Source: Candidatus Saccharimonadota bacterium (GTDB lineage: Bacteria; Patescibacteriota; Saccharimonadia; CAILAD01; GCA-016700035). From it: a stretch of 64,000 nt of DNA. The position numbers and the translations under genes are program-made. Location: contig JAXLZV010000001.1 of the NCBI GenBank assembly GCA_046350755.1, forward strand, positions 270,855 to 334,854. Direction: 5' to 3'. Of the stretch, positions 10,190 to 20,749 are shown in pieces. Every line of letters begins with the position of its first letter. Position 1 is the first letter of the stretch. The notes under the pieces were generated by a model that was not told where the DNA came from, made no database searches, and saw only the letters and a list, made by a program, of their open reading frames with translations.

Positions 10190-10882
10190 ATGGGTCCAAT
10201 CGTTCTGCTAGCCATTGTCATCTTCGGCCTGATCATCCTGGGTATTATTGTAGCTTTTAGCCCGACACTGATTCTGACGCAAGTTGCGATCTTAACGCGC
10301 TCAAAGCGGCCAATTCTTGATTCGGCCGCCCTGATAAGCGGTATTTTAGTGCCGATTGTTATTTATGGGGCTCTAGCCTATCTGTTTGTCGACCAAATCA
10401 CGACCTTCCAACTACCGTCACCACGAACTACCATTGCTAGCTTGCCTTTCATCGATGTCCTGGCTGGCGCACTGCTCCTTGTAGCCGGCCTGCGCTTACG
10501 TCGACCCCGCCAAGCTCAGCGTGCAGCGGCTGAGGCCGAACAACCCCACAAACTCATGAGCCCAAAAGCTCTCTTTGCCTTCGGCCTCATTAAGATGGCA
10601 ACCAGCCTGAGTAGTATCGCTGCGATTCTGATTGGCGTGCAGTTTATTGAAAGTTATATTACCGGCAATGTCTGGCAGGCTATGGCTCTGATTGGCTTCA
10701 TGGTGATTTCGATCTTCCCATTTTTGCTGATTGCCTCACTTCAAGCCTACTTCCCACATGTCTTCCAGCGCGTGAAATCCTCATCCGACCGCGTGGCCCA
10801 GCTCGACTGGATCAGTATCCTGAGCTGGATGCTGATTCTGGCCGGTACCGGCTTCGTCGCCTCGGGCTTACTCAATCTCTAA
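10190..10882 (+). CDS. GAP/Sap-family (lipid-addressing) membrane protein
   Basis: AFSPTLIL..AILTRSKRP N-terminal pattern, six TMs. Confidence 0.6.
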   Translation: MGPIVLLAIVIFGLIILGIIVAFSPTLILTQVAILTRSKRPILDSAALISGILVPIVIYGALAYLFVDQITTFQLPSPRTTIASLPFIDVLAGALLLVAGLRLRRPRQAQRAAAEAEQPHKLMSPKALFAFGLIKMATSLSSIAAILIGVQFIESYITGNVWQAMALIGFMVISIFPFLLIASLQAYFPHVFQRVKSSSDRVAQLDWISILSWMLILAGTGFVASGLLNL

Positions 10883-10912
10883 ACCCATACAAGATGATCA
10901 AACAATTAAAAA

Positions 10913-11047
10913 TGGCTGGGATAGTGGGATAGCGACTTCGCCTCCTCCGCTCGCAGCTGCTCGAAACAAGTTTCTGCGCGGTTACGGTTCGAATACCCTC
11001 AAGCGCTAGGCCAATGTTAAAACCCAGCTTTCACTGGGCTTTAACAT
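10913..11047 (-). repeat. Structured element downstream of tRNA-Gln ending in a tRNA 3'-end copy
   Basis: 10913-10930 matches tRNA 11048-11065 at 16/18; terminator hairpin 11011-11050 incorporates the CCA. Confidence 0.75.
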
Positions 11048-11122
11048 TGGCTGGGATGGTAGGATTCGAACCTACGATCTCCTGTGCCAGAAACAGGCGC
11101 CTTACCACTTGGCCACATCCCA
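11048..11122 (-). tRNA. tRNA-Gln(CTG)
   Basis: TGGGATGTGGCCAAGTGGTAAGGCG CCTGT TTCTGGC ACAGG AGATCGTAGGTTCGAATCCTACCATCCCAGCCA; cloverleaf with encoded CCA. Confidence 0.96.
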
Positions 11123-11263
11123 ATAGTTATTCAGTTTTTTCAGAGCTCGATTTTTTTCAATTTGTACCGAGAAATTATACCTGATTTAGTGACATTTGAC
11201 CAGGTATTTATCCAAGAGATTGCCCCCGCACAACGCTGTGCGGGGGCTTGTATCATCCGCTCA

Positions 11264-11980
11264 TTAGGCGGCGAGCGTGAGATGCGGTCCCGACTCGAGC
11301 TGGTCGAGAACACCATCGACATATCTGTGCAGCGCTCGATGCCAGATGACCCCCAGGTGCTCAGCCCAACCATCGACTAGCTCGATGCCATGGCTGCGCG
11401 TCAGGCCAGCCCGAATGAGCAAGCGGTGGAGAAAGGCTGGTGCCAGTACGACGTTGTGGGCGCCGGACACCGTCGAGGCGAACCACGGCACCACCAGCTC
11501 GTCCATCACCGAGAAAAGTGAGTAGACGTTATCGGCCGTGAACGACTGATCCTCACGCAGCTCATGCAGATAGCGCGAGTGAGCAGCCATCGTACGAATC
11601 GCCGGCAACCAACTCAGAATCTGACCGAGATTTGCCAGCCGGGTGCCATGAAATGGTGCACCGAAGGCAATCACCGCCACGACCAGCCCAGAGAAATACT
11701 TGCCGTGATGCAGGGCATGCAAGGCACCCTGGCTGTGGCCGACCAAGATATAGCGCCGTTCTGGATTCGGCAGAAACACCTTAGTAGCCAGCTCGTCCGA
11801 AGCATCCTCCAGATGGCCGAGACCAAGCTTGGGAATTGCTAAGATGACAACGTCATAGCCGCGAGCCTCAAAGACTCGTGCCAGCGGCCGGTACACGCAA
11901 GCCGCTAGCTGAGGGCAGAATGTACCCATGTAGATCACAACCGTGGTGTTTTCGAGTGGAGTAGCTGCTGACTCGGACAC
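11264..11980 (-). CDS. Alpha/beta hydrolase, lipase/esterase (cassette gene)
   Basis: GHSQG nucleophile elbow, GAPFHGT, DELVVP, EH; terminator ~11222-11248; SD GAAAGGGGG. Confidence 0.88.
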   Translation of the reverse strand: MSESAATPLENTTVVIYMGTFCPQLAACVYRPLARVFEARGYDVVILAIPKLGLGHLEDASDELATKVFLPNPERRYILVGHSQGALHALHHGKYFSGLVVAVIAFGAPFHGTRLANLGQILSWLPAIRTMAAHSRYLHELREDQSFTADNVYSLFSVMDELVVPWFASTVSGAHNVVLAPAFLHRLLIRAGLTRSHGIELVDGWAEHLGVIWHRALHRYVDGVLDQLESGPHLTLAA

Positions 11981-12148
11981 GATTCCCCCTTTCCGAGTCT
12001 CGGGTTTGGATTTTGAAGTACGCGCTTGGGTTACACGAAAGCGTTACGGCCATCCTACGCCGGCCCGAACGGAAATACTAGTGCGGTCTAGCTCTCCCAG
12101 ATTGAATCTGGCATAATAAGCCACAGCTTCGACTCTGGAGGAGAAATC

Positions 12149-12988
12149 ATGAGGCTTCGTACCTTCATACGTCAGGCCGCGCGTAGTCGCGTTCGGCCTG
12201 GTACCGCCGTACTTATCGGCCTTGGTGTGTCACAAGTCGCCAATCTCGCCACCACCATCTACTTGCATCGCCAGTTGGCTCATCGTGCCCTCGAGCTCGA
12301 TCCACGGTTGGCGCGCACCTGCGAGCTGATCGTTCGCTGTTCGACCGGCATGGTCCCGCTCGAATGGGCGGCCATCCATCAGCAGCACCACGCCCATACG
12401 GATGAGCCGGGTGATCCCCACTCACCACTCATCGAGGGACTCTATGAGGTGCAAGCCCATAACGTTCGTCTCTATAAGGAAGCCAAGGACACTCCGGATG
12501 TCCAACGACGGCTTCAAGTTTTGACCAAGAACAATCCCGGCCAGCTCGACTGGTTGAGTGGTGGTCGCGGGCTGGCCATCGGTATCGGCACCGCAATCGT
12601 TGTCTTTGGGCCAATTCCAGGCCTGATCATCTCACTGGTCCATTGGCCGGTTTACATCGGCCAGAGTGCCAGCGTGAATGGCGTCGGACACGCCGGCATG
12701 GACGCTGTCACGATGAAGCAGCAGAATCTCCGGTCACGCGTTCTGTGGCGGATAGCTCAGCGCTTCGGTTATCGCAACTTCGACACGCCGGACACGAGCT
12801 GGAACCTGCCGCCCCTCGCCTTTGCCACAGCTGGGGAGGGTTACCATAACAACCACCATGCACAGCCCGAATCACCGACTTTCGCCCTCCAGCCGGGTGA
12901 GCTTGACCTGGGTTGGGTAGTGATCAAGGCGCTGCAGCGACGTCAGCTGGTGACAATTCGCGAGTCGGAGCTCACGAGTCCCAGCTAA
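12149..12988 (+). CDS. Membrane fatty acid (delta-9-type) desaturase (cassette gene)
   Basis: Three His boxes HRQLAH, HQQHH, GEGYHNNHH; D..GDPHSP; terminator ~12994-13029. Confidence 0.93.
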   Translation: MRLRTFIRQAARSRVRPGTAVLIGLGVSQVANLATTIYLHRQLAHRALELDPRLARTCELIVRCSTGMVPLEWAAIHQQHHAHTDEPGDPHSPLIEGLYEVQAHNVRLYKEAKDTPDVQRRLQVLTKNNPGQLDWLSGGRGLAIGIGTAIVVFGPIPGLIISLVHWPVYIGQSASVNGVGHAGMDAVTMKQQNLRSRVLWRIAQRFGYRNFDTPDTSWNLPPLAFATAGEGYHNNHHAQPESPTFALQPGELDLGWVVIKALQRRQLVTIRESELTSPS

Positions 12989-13083
12989 ACCATTGGGGAT
13001 TTCGATACGTCGAGATCCCCAAATTTTTTACTTTATAAATTGCTTGTGCTAGTATCAAGCCAAGTAACCTAATAGGTCTTATA

Positions 13084-14229
13084 ATGCCCAAGAAAAAGAA
13101 AACTCTAACAAAATCATCACGCACTCCACAGTCAAAAACTGGTAGCCTTAAGTCATTTAAGCTCAAGCCGTGGCATATCCTGACAGGTATCGCCCTGTTT
13201 GTCGTTGGTGGGTTTGTGGTGGCTTTTTCGCAAGCGGCAACCCAAACTCAAGGCCGGATAGCTCAAGACAAAGTCCTGATAAGCTTCGAGGATACGAGTC
13301 AGCCAGTGGTACTATCAGCTCCACTCGGGGCTGAGCCAAGTTTTTCGCTCGCCCCACAGACAATTGACGTTACAACCGATGGGACTATCTACTGCCTGCC
13401 TGCTAATGCAACTGAGGGACAAACTGGGCAATTACCCACCGCTAAACTTAAGGACCTCAAAGCCTTTTTAGCCCAACAAGCGCCTATCCAACTACCTGAA
13501 GCGCAAACTGATGCCGTTGTAGCGACTCAGACCGCCAGCTTCCGCACAGCCGACGGCGGGCCACTTCAAACTGTTGTTACTAAAGATGTAACGAATATCA
13601 ATAATTCGCTCGGAAAGCTGAAGAATAGTCTAGAAAAAGCTTGCACAAATGCCAATAAGCCAATGAAGCGAGCTGGTAAGCCCAGCTTTAATCAAAAGCC
13701 AGACGTACCAACTGCATCACCTGAAGCGATTAGTCGGCTGATTATCCCAACCGCACATGCGGCGATTCAAGACCCCTGGACTCAGGCTTTTGACGCCAAG
13801 CTGAAAGCTTTGGTCGGCGAATACCGTGCCCAAAATTCTAAACAGGTTGCCTGGGAACAAACTTGTTTGCTCAATATGTCGCTCTGGTGGTCACAGAGTA
13901 TGGCTGATCGCTACGGTCTACGACACATTTCGACAGTGCAATCGTATACCGATACTGCCGTATTTTTCTGCGCAAACCTCGGTAGCTTTGGCTTCGCCCT
14001 TGGTGAAAATGTTGGTTGGGTACCGCTAGCGGCTAGCTATCCAACTCCTGAGGCTGCGGCTCAAAAATTATTCGACACCTACAAGGCCAGCCCGGAACAT
14101 AATGCCAATATGCTTGATCCGCGCTGGAATCGCTGGGGCACAACCTCAGTTCTGACGAATGACAGGAATAATGTCTACAATACGCAAGAATTCTTGATGA
14201 TTAATTCGAATTATCAAAAGACTAAGTAG
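13084..14229 (+). CDS. Membrane-anchored CAP (SCP) domain protein
   Basis: N-terminal TM; GENVG and SPEHNANML motifs. Confidence 0.8.
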   Translation: MPKKKKTLTKSSRTPQSKTGSLKSFKLKPWHILTGIALFVVGGFVVAFSQAATQTQGRIAQDKVLISFEDTSQPVVLSAPLGAEPSFSLAPQTIDVTTDGTIYCLPANATEGQTGQLPTAKLKDLKAFLAQQAPIQLPEAQTDAVVATQTASFRTADGGPLQTVVTKDVTNINNSLGKLKNSLEKACTNANKPMKRAGKPSFNQKPDVPTASPEAISRLIIPTAHAAIQDPWTQAFDAKLKALVGEYRAQNSKQVAWEQTCLLNMSLWWSQSMADRYGLRHISTVQSYTDTAVFFCANLGSFGFALGENVGWVPLAASYPTPEAAAQKLFDTYKASPEHNANMLDPRWNRWGTTSVLTNDRNNVYNTQEFLMINSNYQKTK

Positions 14230-15249
14230 CTAAACTATCAGCATCGAATCGCCATAGGACAGGAAGCGATACTCGCCTTTCAAAGCGTGACGATAGCTGA
14301 GAAGTAGCAAATCCTGGCCAGTAAAAGCCGCGGCCAGCTGAATAACTGTGGAGTCTGGCGCGTGAAAATTCGTGAGTAGCACATCGACGAGCTTAAATTT
14401 GTAGCCGGGATGTATAAAGATGTCGGCTTCACCAGTAAGATTCTGCGTTATAGCCTGCTGGATATCCTGAGCCGCATATTCTAACGCCCGAGTGACAGTC
14501 GTGCCAACCGCCACAACTCGTCGACCTTCTAGTTTAGCCTGCTGGATCTCATGACCGGTGGCTACCGGGATGTCATAATACTCCTCATGCATCTTGTGCG
14601 CTGCAACATCGTCAGTCCGAATTGGCAGAAACGTACCGCGTCCGACGTGGAGCGTAAGTGACACGACCTTCACGCCTTTGGCATGGATCTTTTCGAGTAA
14701 CTCTTCGGTGAGATTGAGCGACGCGGTCGGGGCCGCGACCGAGCCGGTATTGGCTGCAAACACTGTCTGGTAACGTTCACGATCGGCCCGACTGGCTGCC
14801 CGCCGAATATAGGGTGGTAGTGGCGTGGCTCCATACTCAATAGCTATCGCCTCCAGCGGTTGCGGGCTCGATACAATCGCCTGTCCGCCGTCAATAATTT
14901 GCGCTACCCGCAGCTCATGCTGACCAATAGTCAGCTTGTCGCCGACCCTCAGTTTGCCGCGATAAACGACCTGGGCTTGCCCGCTTGGCAATGTGTGGGC
15001 GTGACGTTCGGTCAGCATTAATTCGCGCTGCCGACCATCCGGCAGCTTAGCCTTGAGCCGGGCCGGCAAGACTTTAGTTGTATTCAGCACTAGCACATCA
15101 CCGGCGTGTAAATAATCAATCAAATCTGTATACCGTCGATCGGCAAGTTCACCAGTTGCTCGATCAACAACCAGTAAGCGTGATGCGCCACGTTTTTTCG
15201 GCGGCTCCTGAGCAATCCTCTCAGGTGGCAAATCATAGAACTCAGCCAT
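14230..15249 (-). CDS. queA: S-adenosylmethionine:tRNA ribosyltransferase-isomerase
   Basis: LPPERIAQEP, PLPPYI, GSVAAPTA, TNFH, YRFLSYGD. Confidence 0.96.
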   Translation of the reverse strand: MAEFYDLPPERIAQEPPKKRGASRLLVVDRATGELADRRYTDLIDYLHAGDVLVLNTTKVLPARLKAKLPDGRQRELMLTERHAHTLPSGQAQVVYRGKLRVGDKLTIGQHELRVAQIIDGGQAIVSSPQPLEAIAIEYGATPLPPYIRRAASRADRERYQTVFAANTGSVAAPTASLNLTEELLEKIHAKGVKVVSLTLHVGRGTFLPIRTDDVAAHKMHEEYYDIPVATGHEIQQAKLEGRRVVAVGTTVTRALEYAAQDIQQAITQNLTGEADIFIHPGYKFKLVDVLLTNFHAPDSTVIQLAAAFTGQDLLLLSYRHALKGEYRFLSYGDSMLIV

Positions 15250-15250
15250 A

Positions 15251-15925
15251 CTAAAACTCAGTGAGGTCGGGACGATTTTCGGCAGTTTTTTCAATCGAGC
15301 TCTGACGGCGCCAATCTCGAATCTTGGCGTGATTCCCGCCTAGCAACTCTTCCGGTACTGTCATCCCGCGAAATTCCTGAGGCCGCGTATAGTGTGCGTA
15401 CTCCAGCAGACCCTGAGAGAAGCTTTCATCTTCACTCGACCGGGCATCACCCAGCACTCCCGGTAGCAAGCGCACCACACTGTCGGCGATTGCCATGGCT
15501 GGTATTTCGCCACCGGTCATAACAAAATCACCGAGTGATATTTCTTCATCAACTATCGACAAAATGCGCTCATCAAAGCCCTCGTAGTGACCACAAAGAA
15601 TAATTAGGCCCGACTCGCGAGCCAAGCGCTTCGCATCGACTTGGGCGTACCGCTTACCGCGTGGCGTCATCATCAGCACCTTAGCTGCCGGATTCGATAG
15701 CTTGCACTGCTCGACAGCTGCAAACATTGGCTCTGGCTTTAAGAGCATCCCAGCACCGCCACCGTAGGGTGTATCGTCAACTTGCTGGCGCGGGCCAATG
15801 CCAAAGTCGCGCAAATTCACTACCCGAAACTCGACCGCACCAGCCTCGCGAGCCTTATGCAGCATCGAATGATCAAGCATCTGCTCAAACACTTCGGGAA
15901 AGAGAGTGATAATATCGATTTTCAT
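15251..15925 (-). CDS. trmD: tRNA (guanine37-N1)-methyltransferase
   Basis: MKIDIITLFPE, VDDTPYGGGAGM, CGHYEGFDER. Confidence 0.97.
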   Translation of the reverse strand: MKIDIITLFPEVFEQMLDHSMLHKAREAGAVEFRVVNLRDFGIGPRQQVDDTPYGGGAGMLLKPEPMFAAVEQCKLSNPAAKVLMMTPRGKRYAQVDAKRLARESGLIILCGHYEGFDERILSIVDEEISLGDFVMTGGEIPAMAIADSVVRLLPGVLGDARSSEDESFSQGLLEYAHYTRPQEFRGMTVPEELLGGNHAKIRDWRRQSSIEKTAENRPDLTEF

Positions 15926-15949
15926 AGCATTTAATATCAAGTCATTACA

Positions 15950-16006
15950 TTGACAAATCTGTAAAATTTTAGCATAATACGCACATTCTGTCCACGTACC
16001 TAGGAG
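15950..16006 (+). promoter_or_regulatory. Cassette promoter TTGACA-17-CATAAT with GTACCT and AGGAG
   Basis: -35 15950-15955, -10 15973-15978, motif 15996-16001. Confidence 0.75.
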
Positions 16007-16013
16007 TCGTTCC

Positions 16014-16319
16014 GTGTCACAGGCCCGCAGTAAGTTCACCCCCGAACAGTCACGCGAATATCGGCGTTGGCTCAAGCACCTGGAGGCCATGGTAGCACTT
16101 GAATACCAACCGACAGGCGAGGCGAAGTGGGTCGTGCGCTGCCCCGCCTGCCAGACACCCAACCGAACTCACCACCCACCAATCGCAAAATACCACGCAG
16201 CCGACTGCCGCTGGCTGCAAGCCTGGCTGACCATTCCCCGACCAGTTCGGGAACAATGTCAACGCAAATGGAATCAACTTTCACCCAGCGAACAACGCGC
16301 CAAGCGTCAGCTACCATAA
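16014..16319 (+). CDS. Orphan small protein with CxxC...HxxxC putative Zn site (cassette gene)
   Basis: CPAC, HAADC; own promoter, SD and terminator (~16326-16366). Confidence 0.6.
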   Translation: MSQARSKFTPEQSREYRRWLKHLEAMVALEYQPTGEAKWVVRCPACQTPNRTHHPPIAKYHAADCRWLQAWLTIPRPVREQCQRKWNQLSPSEQRAKRQLP

Positions 16320-16379
16320 TCTCCGCCGGTCCTACTTTTATAGGACCGGCCTCCTTTATTTTTATTGCGCGTCGCTGTA

Positions 16380-16796
16380 CTAGAGATCCATATCGAGGTC
16401 ATCAAGCCCCTCGCGAGCCTTGGCTTTGATCGCCTCGACGTCTTCATCGGGTTTGGACGAGGTCGAGGCTTCAGGCTCATCGACGGCTTCAGCATCGGCC
16501 ACAGCTTTTGGCTCAGGGGGAGTGACTGGCGAGCTACCATCTTCCTCACCTTCAACATCGACTATCTTCAGATTATACCGAGCGTCATCCTTGGCGCCGA
16601 GAACGCGTAAGAGAGTCCGAATCGCCTTCGCGGTGGCGCCACCTTTGCCGATAATCTTACCCATATCTTCTTGGTTTACTGTCAGCTTTAGTAAAACGCC
16701 CCGCTCATCAACAGTGCGCTCTATCACAACTTCATCTGGGTGATCGACAATATTTTTTACGACATACTCTATGAATTGCTGATCATGTTCGGCCAT
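16380..16796 (-). CDS. khpA: KH-domain RNA-binding protein KhpA
   Basis: VDHPDEV, DMGKIIGKGGATAKAIRTLL; between rpsP and trmD. Confidence 0.92.
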   Translation of the reverse strand: MAEHDQQFIEYVVKNIVDHPDEVVIERTVDERGVLLKLTVNQEDMGKIIGKGGATAKAIRTLLRVLGAKDDARYNLKIVDVEGEEDGSSPVTPPEPKAVADAEAVDEPEASTSSKPDEDVEAIKAKAREGLDDLDMDL

Positions 16797-16925
16797 ATCT
16801 GAATCCTCCTAGCGCGGCTGTGTTACTGTAAGTACCGCTTATGCTGCATTGTACAGCCTTACGTCAGATTTGCCAAAACAAAACGCCCCCAGTGAGAGGC
16901 GTTATCATGTGTTGAGATGCTTAGC

Positions 16926-17357
16926 TTAGGCTTCGGCTTGAGTCGCCGCTTCGGCCGCATCGGCGGCAGCTTCTTGAGCTGGCGCATCAGGCGTAGCTTC
17001 GGCTGGTGCGGCGGCTTCGGCCTGATCAGCTGCTTCTTCTGCAACTTCAGCTGTAGCTGCTTCTTTCACTTCAGGCTCTTTCTTTGGTGCTCGCTGTTTC
17101 TGGGCAACCTTAGCCCAAGCTGGAAGTTCAATGCCTTCGCGCACCATCAGCTTGAGGACCGTGTTCGATGGCTGAGCACCCTGCCCGACACGACGAGTGA
17201 TTCCCTCTTTGTCCATCACTAAGGTCTTGGTGTGTGGGTCATAGTGGCCGAGAACTTCGACAAACTTACCGGTCGCAGCCCGAGCTTTTTCGGCAGCAAC
17301 GATGCGGTAGGTAGCGTGTTTTGAGCGGCCGGTGCGGGCCAAGCGGATTACGAGCAT
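16926..17357 (-). CDS. rpsP: 30S ribosomal protein S16
   Basis: MLVIRLARTG, YRIVAA, GAQPSNTV; acidic Ala-rich tail. Confidence 0.97.
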   Translation of the reverse strand: MLVIRLARTGRSKHATYRIVAAEKARAATGKFVEVLGHYDPHTKTLVMDKEGITRRVGQGAQPSNTVLKLMVREGIELPAWAKVAQKQRAPKKEPEVKEAATAEVAEEAADQAEAAAPAEATPDAPAQEAAADAAEAATQAEA

Positions 17358-17484
17358 GAAAAATTAACTTCTCTGATTAGTATTAGTATGTCTTGTGACG
17401 CAATACACTGCTTGAATACAGTGCGAATGGACTTTAGTTTACAGGTTTCTGCTCAGATTGTCAACAGATTAGACGTTCAGTATA

Positions 17485-19950
17485 TTACCTGACCGTCAGG
17501 GCTTCAGCCGCCTGCAAATCAACAGCGATAACCGTCGAAGCTGCCTTGGGTGTCGTTGTAATACCGTACAGCGCATCAGCACTCAGCATCGTCTCGTGAT
17601 TATGGGTGATCACCAAGAGCTGCGAGTGACGCGCTAACTGCTTGAGCGTCTCCGTAAAGAGTTGAGCATTCGCATCATCAAGCGCGGCATCAACCTCATC
17701 GAGAACTACAAACGGGCTTGGATTGACCGACAGTATCGCGGCTAGCAGCGCAATCGCCGCGAGAGCCCGCTCACCGCCCGAGAGCGAGCTGAGTAACTCT
17801 ACTCGCTTACCCGGTGGTTTGGCGGTAATCTCGATGCCATATTCATCATCCTCATACCGGGTCAGCTCCAAGGCAGCGGTACCACCTCGAAAGAGCCGGG
17901 CAAATTGCTTAGCGTACTCAGCATTAATCCGCGCAAAATTCTTCTCAAACGTAGTTTGGATCCGACGCTCGAGCTCAGTCAACACTTTACGTAGATTCTT
18001 GACTCCCACTTCCATATCAGTGGCTTGAGCCTCGAGATAGCTCACTCGATCGGCAAGTTCAGTATGGGCTTGGACTAGCGCCTCATCGACTTCGCCAATT
18101 ACCTCGATTTCGGCTTCAACTCGGGTAATATCACGCTCATCAACTACTTCCACCTGATCGCTGGCTCGTGCGGCGACGTGCCAAGCCGCCGCCTGATCAC
18201 GCAGCGCTTGCTCAGCCCGCTCGTTCTCCTGAAACGCGTTTTCTAAACCAGCCAACTCCGCCTGAGCGTCCTCCACTACGCGCGCGGCAGCATCAACCGC
18301 ATGCGCCAAGGCCACCTGCTCATCGGTAGTCCCACCAGCCGTGAGCTCCGTTAGCTCAGCGCGCAGTGTCACTGCCTGGCCATCAAGGGCATCGCGACGC
18401 TTCGTGAGTCCTCGCAGCTCGGCCACGTGTTTGCTGCGCTCCTGGGGCGAATCCTGGTGGGCCTCACGAGTTTCAGCGAGTCGAGCTTGCAGCTCAATCT
18501 CCTCGCGCTCGAGAGCATGAATGTCTAACTCAATCGACCGCACCTTAATAATTTCTGTCGTTTGCTGCTCAACGATGTCTTCGCGCCGAGCAATCTCACG
18601 GCTAATTTGCTGCTGCAATTTGGCAATTTCCAGCGGGACTGCCGTCAAGTCGGATTCACTGGCTAGCTTTACCGAACGAATCAACTTGTGTAGAGCTAGA
18701 CGCATCGCCGCCGGCTGTAACGGCTTATCGGACTGCAAATCCTGAACCAGCAGACGAGCTAACCCCAGCGCTTGCGCTAAATACGAATTCCGCTGATTTG
18801 AACGTAGTTTGGCACGTAAGCGTGTCAGCTGCTTCGTAAAGCCTTCAATATTCTTGTTATGGGCGGCGATCCGATCGGCGTATTGCTCACTGGCCGCAAC
18901 TTGCTTAATGAGTTTTTTCCGAAACTCCGCCAACCGACTGTCAATTTGCTTGAGCTGATCCTTTAGCTCCACCGGGCGGGTGCCTTGCTGGCGCTGGAGC
19001 TGGTCCAGCATCTGCAGCTGAGCTTGGATGGTGGCGATTTGTTCGGCGAGTGCCGTCCGTTCGCTATCGATCTGGCTCAATTGCTCGAGCAGCTGGGCTT
19101 GTTTGGCGGAGTTATCAGCCGAGCTGCTCGCTAAAGCCTGAGCCTCGGCCTGGCGCTGTTTCAAGGTTTTCTCTGACTGACGTAATTTCTGCTGCCACTC
19201 TTTTTGGCTCTGCTTGGCAGCCGCCCGATCAGTCCGTAAGCGCTGCAGCTGGCTGCCAATATATTGTGATCGCAAGGCTCGCAGTTGCGCCGTTAGCTGA
19301 GCATGCCGGGCCAAGCGATCGACTTGCAGCGCCAGGGCATCCCGCTCAGGCATCAATTGACCTACCTCATCGCGCAAAGCCGTAGCGCGCTCCTCAGCTC
19401 GAGCCAACTTACGCAGCGTATCGGCTCGCTCAAGCTCAAAAGCTCGAATGCCACTTGCCTCTTCGAACAATAGTTTACGTTCTGCCGGACTGGCGATAAT
19501 TAACGAATCAATCATACCCTGACCAATCACCGTGTAACTAGAGGCACCGAAGCCCGCCTGTGCGAGAATCTTCATCAGATCCTTCACTAAGACTTTGCGT
19601 CCGCCTAGGCGATATTCAGTTTCACCTGACCGATAGAGTCGACGCGAGACGATCAGTTGATCAACGCCGAGTTCAGTCTCGCCAGTCTTACCTTCCAGGG
19701 TCATAACTACTTCAGCCATACTGGCCTTGGCTTTGCCGCCCTCACTACCGGAGTAAATTAGCTCTTCACTCTTGCGTGCCCGCAGGTCACGACTATTTTG
19801 CGCGCCCAAAACCCACTGAATGGCTTCGGCCACATTGCTCTTGCCGGAGCCATTCGGACCGACAATCGCCACCACGCCGGGCTTAAAATCAAACTTCACC
19901 CGGCCGGCAAACGATTTAAAGCCGGCGATTTCTAAACGGCGCAAATACAA
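17485..19950 (-). CDS. smc: Chromosome segregation protein SMC (short form)
   Basis: [31 protein letters not shown]; only 821 aa. Confidence 0.9.
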   Translation of the reverse strand: MYLRRLEIAGFKSFAGRVKFDFKPGVVAIVGPNGSGKSNVAEAIQWVLGAQNSRDLRARKSEELIYSGSEGGKAKASMAEVVMTLEGKTGETELGVDQLIVSRRLYRSGETEYRLGGRKVLVKDLMKILAQAGFGASSYTVIGQGMIDSLIIASPAERKLLFEEASGIRAFELERADTLRKLARAEERATALRDEVGQLMPERDALALQVDRLARHAQLTAQLRALRSQYIGSQLQRLRTDRAAAKQSQKEWQQKLRQSEKTLKQRQAEAQALASSSADNSAKQAQLLEQLSQIDSERTALAEQIATIQAQLQMLDQLQRQQGTRPVELKDQLKQIDSRLAEFRKKLIKQVAASEQYADRIAAHNKNIEGFTKQLTRLRAKLRSNQRNSYLAQALGLARLLVQDLQSDKPLQPAAMRLALHKLIRSVKLASESDLTAVPLEIAKLQQQISREIARREDIVEQQTTEIIKVRSIELDIHALEREEIELQARLAETREAHQDSPQERSKHVAELRGLTKRRDALDGQAVTLRAELTELTAGGTTDEQVALAHAVDAAARVVEDAQAELAGLENAFQENERAEQALRDQAAAWHVAARASDQVEVVDERDITRVEAEIEVIGEVDEALVQAHTELADRVSYLEAQATDMEVGVKNLRKVLTELERRIQTTFEKNFARINAEYAKQFARLFRGGTAALELTRYEDDEYGIEITAKPPGKRVELLSSLSGGERALAAIALLAAILSVNPSPFVVLDEVDAALDDANAQLFTETLKQLARHSQLLVITHNHETMLSADALYGITTTPKAASTVIAVDLQAAEALTVR

Positions 19951-20011
19951 TAACTCACCCTCATTAGTACTTACGCTCTATTGTACGGCTACCTGGAGGC
20001 CAGGAGCAAGG

Positions 20012-20743
20012 CTAGGGCTGTCGCTCGATGTCATCCGGCTGCACCACGATGAGCCCAAGTTCAGCCCCAACTCGCACAACTGCCACTGGATGAACCGACT
20101 TATTTGCCACCACCTCATGATCACTGTCGGGATTAGCTTCGAACTCATGAGCCGGAAGTATATATAGCAAGCTATCCGTAAAAGGCACCTCTCCCCGCGC
20201 CATGGCTTCAGTCAGAGCTGGTGAGAACTCGACTGTCCGTCCATCTTCGCTGCGAAACGGTTTAAGGGCATAGGTCTGTCCCCCATTCGGGTTGGCGTCA
20301 CGAAAACGGTGCTCGATCAATGCATGAGTCAATCCACCTTTCAGGCGTGTAGTGGCATAAACCCGCTTGCGGCTTTCTTCTTGATGTGAATACTGTGGGT
20401 CGAGCGCATCCCATGCATCCACATCTGGCATTCCGGCATCACGACGGTATTCATTATCTTGCATACCGTGGTATACATATTTTCCCTCTAGATCGAGTAA
20501 CTTCAGTAAGCTATAGGTCTGCTCAGGATCACTCGATCTCAAATCAAGAACTGGATAACCGTGTTCACTCGTATCCGCATCTACTTTCTGGCCCGATTTG
20601 TGCTCCCATGCCTGGACTTTACCAAGTAGCTCTTGATAGCCTGACTGACGCTCGGCTAAAGTCCGTAAATCATCTTGAGTTTCTGCAGCCCCATCAAGCT
20701 TATTATCTGATACTTCTGGCTGCTGCCTGTCAGATTCCAGCAT
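20012..20743 (-). CDS. Hypothetical protein
   Basis: 243-aa ORF between rnc and smc; YHG...YAT pattern loosely like ADP-ribosyltransferase folds. Confidence 0.55.
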   Translation of the reverse strand: MLESDRQQPEVSDNKLDGAAETQDDLRTLAERQSGYQELLGKVQAWEHKSGQKVDADTSEHGYPVLDLRSSDPEQTYSLLKLLDLEGKYVYHGMQDNEYRRDAGMPDVDAWDALDPQYSHQEESRKRVYATTRLKGGLTHALIEHRFRDANPNGGQTYALKPFRSEDGRTVEFSPALTEAMARGEVPFTDSLLYILPAHEFEANPDSDHEVVANKSVHPVAVVRVGAELGLIVVQPDDIERQP

Positions 20744-20749
20744 CAGAAA

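Noticed and set aside
10913-11000. Second intact or intron-containing tRNA-Gln
   Set aside because: Only the 3' acceptor/T-arm portion is present; no D arm or anticodon arm
11084-11380. ORFs overlapping tRNAs (11084..11380 and 39040..39237)
   Set aside because: Translations of tRNA sequence
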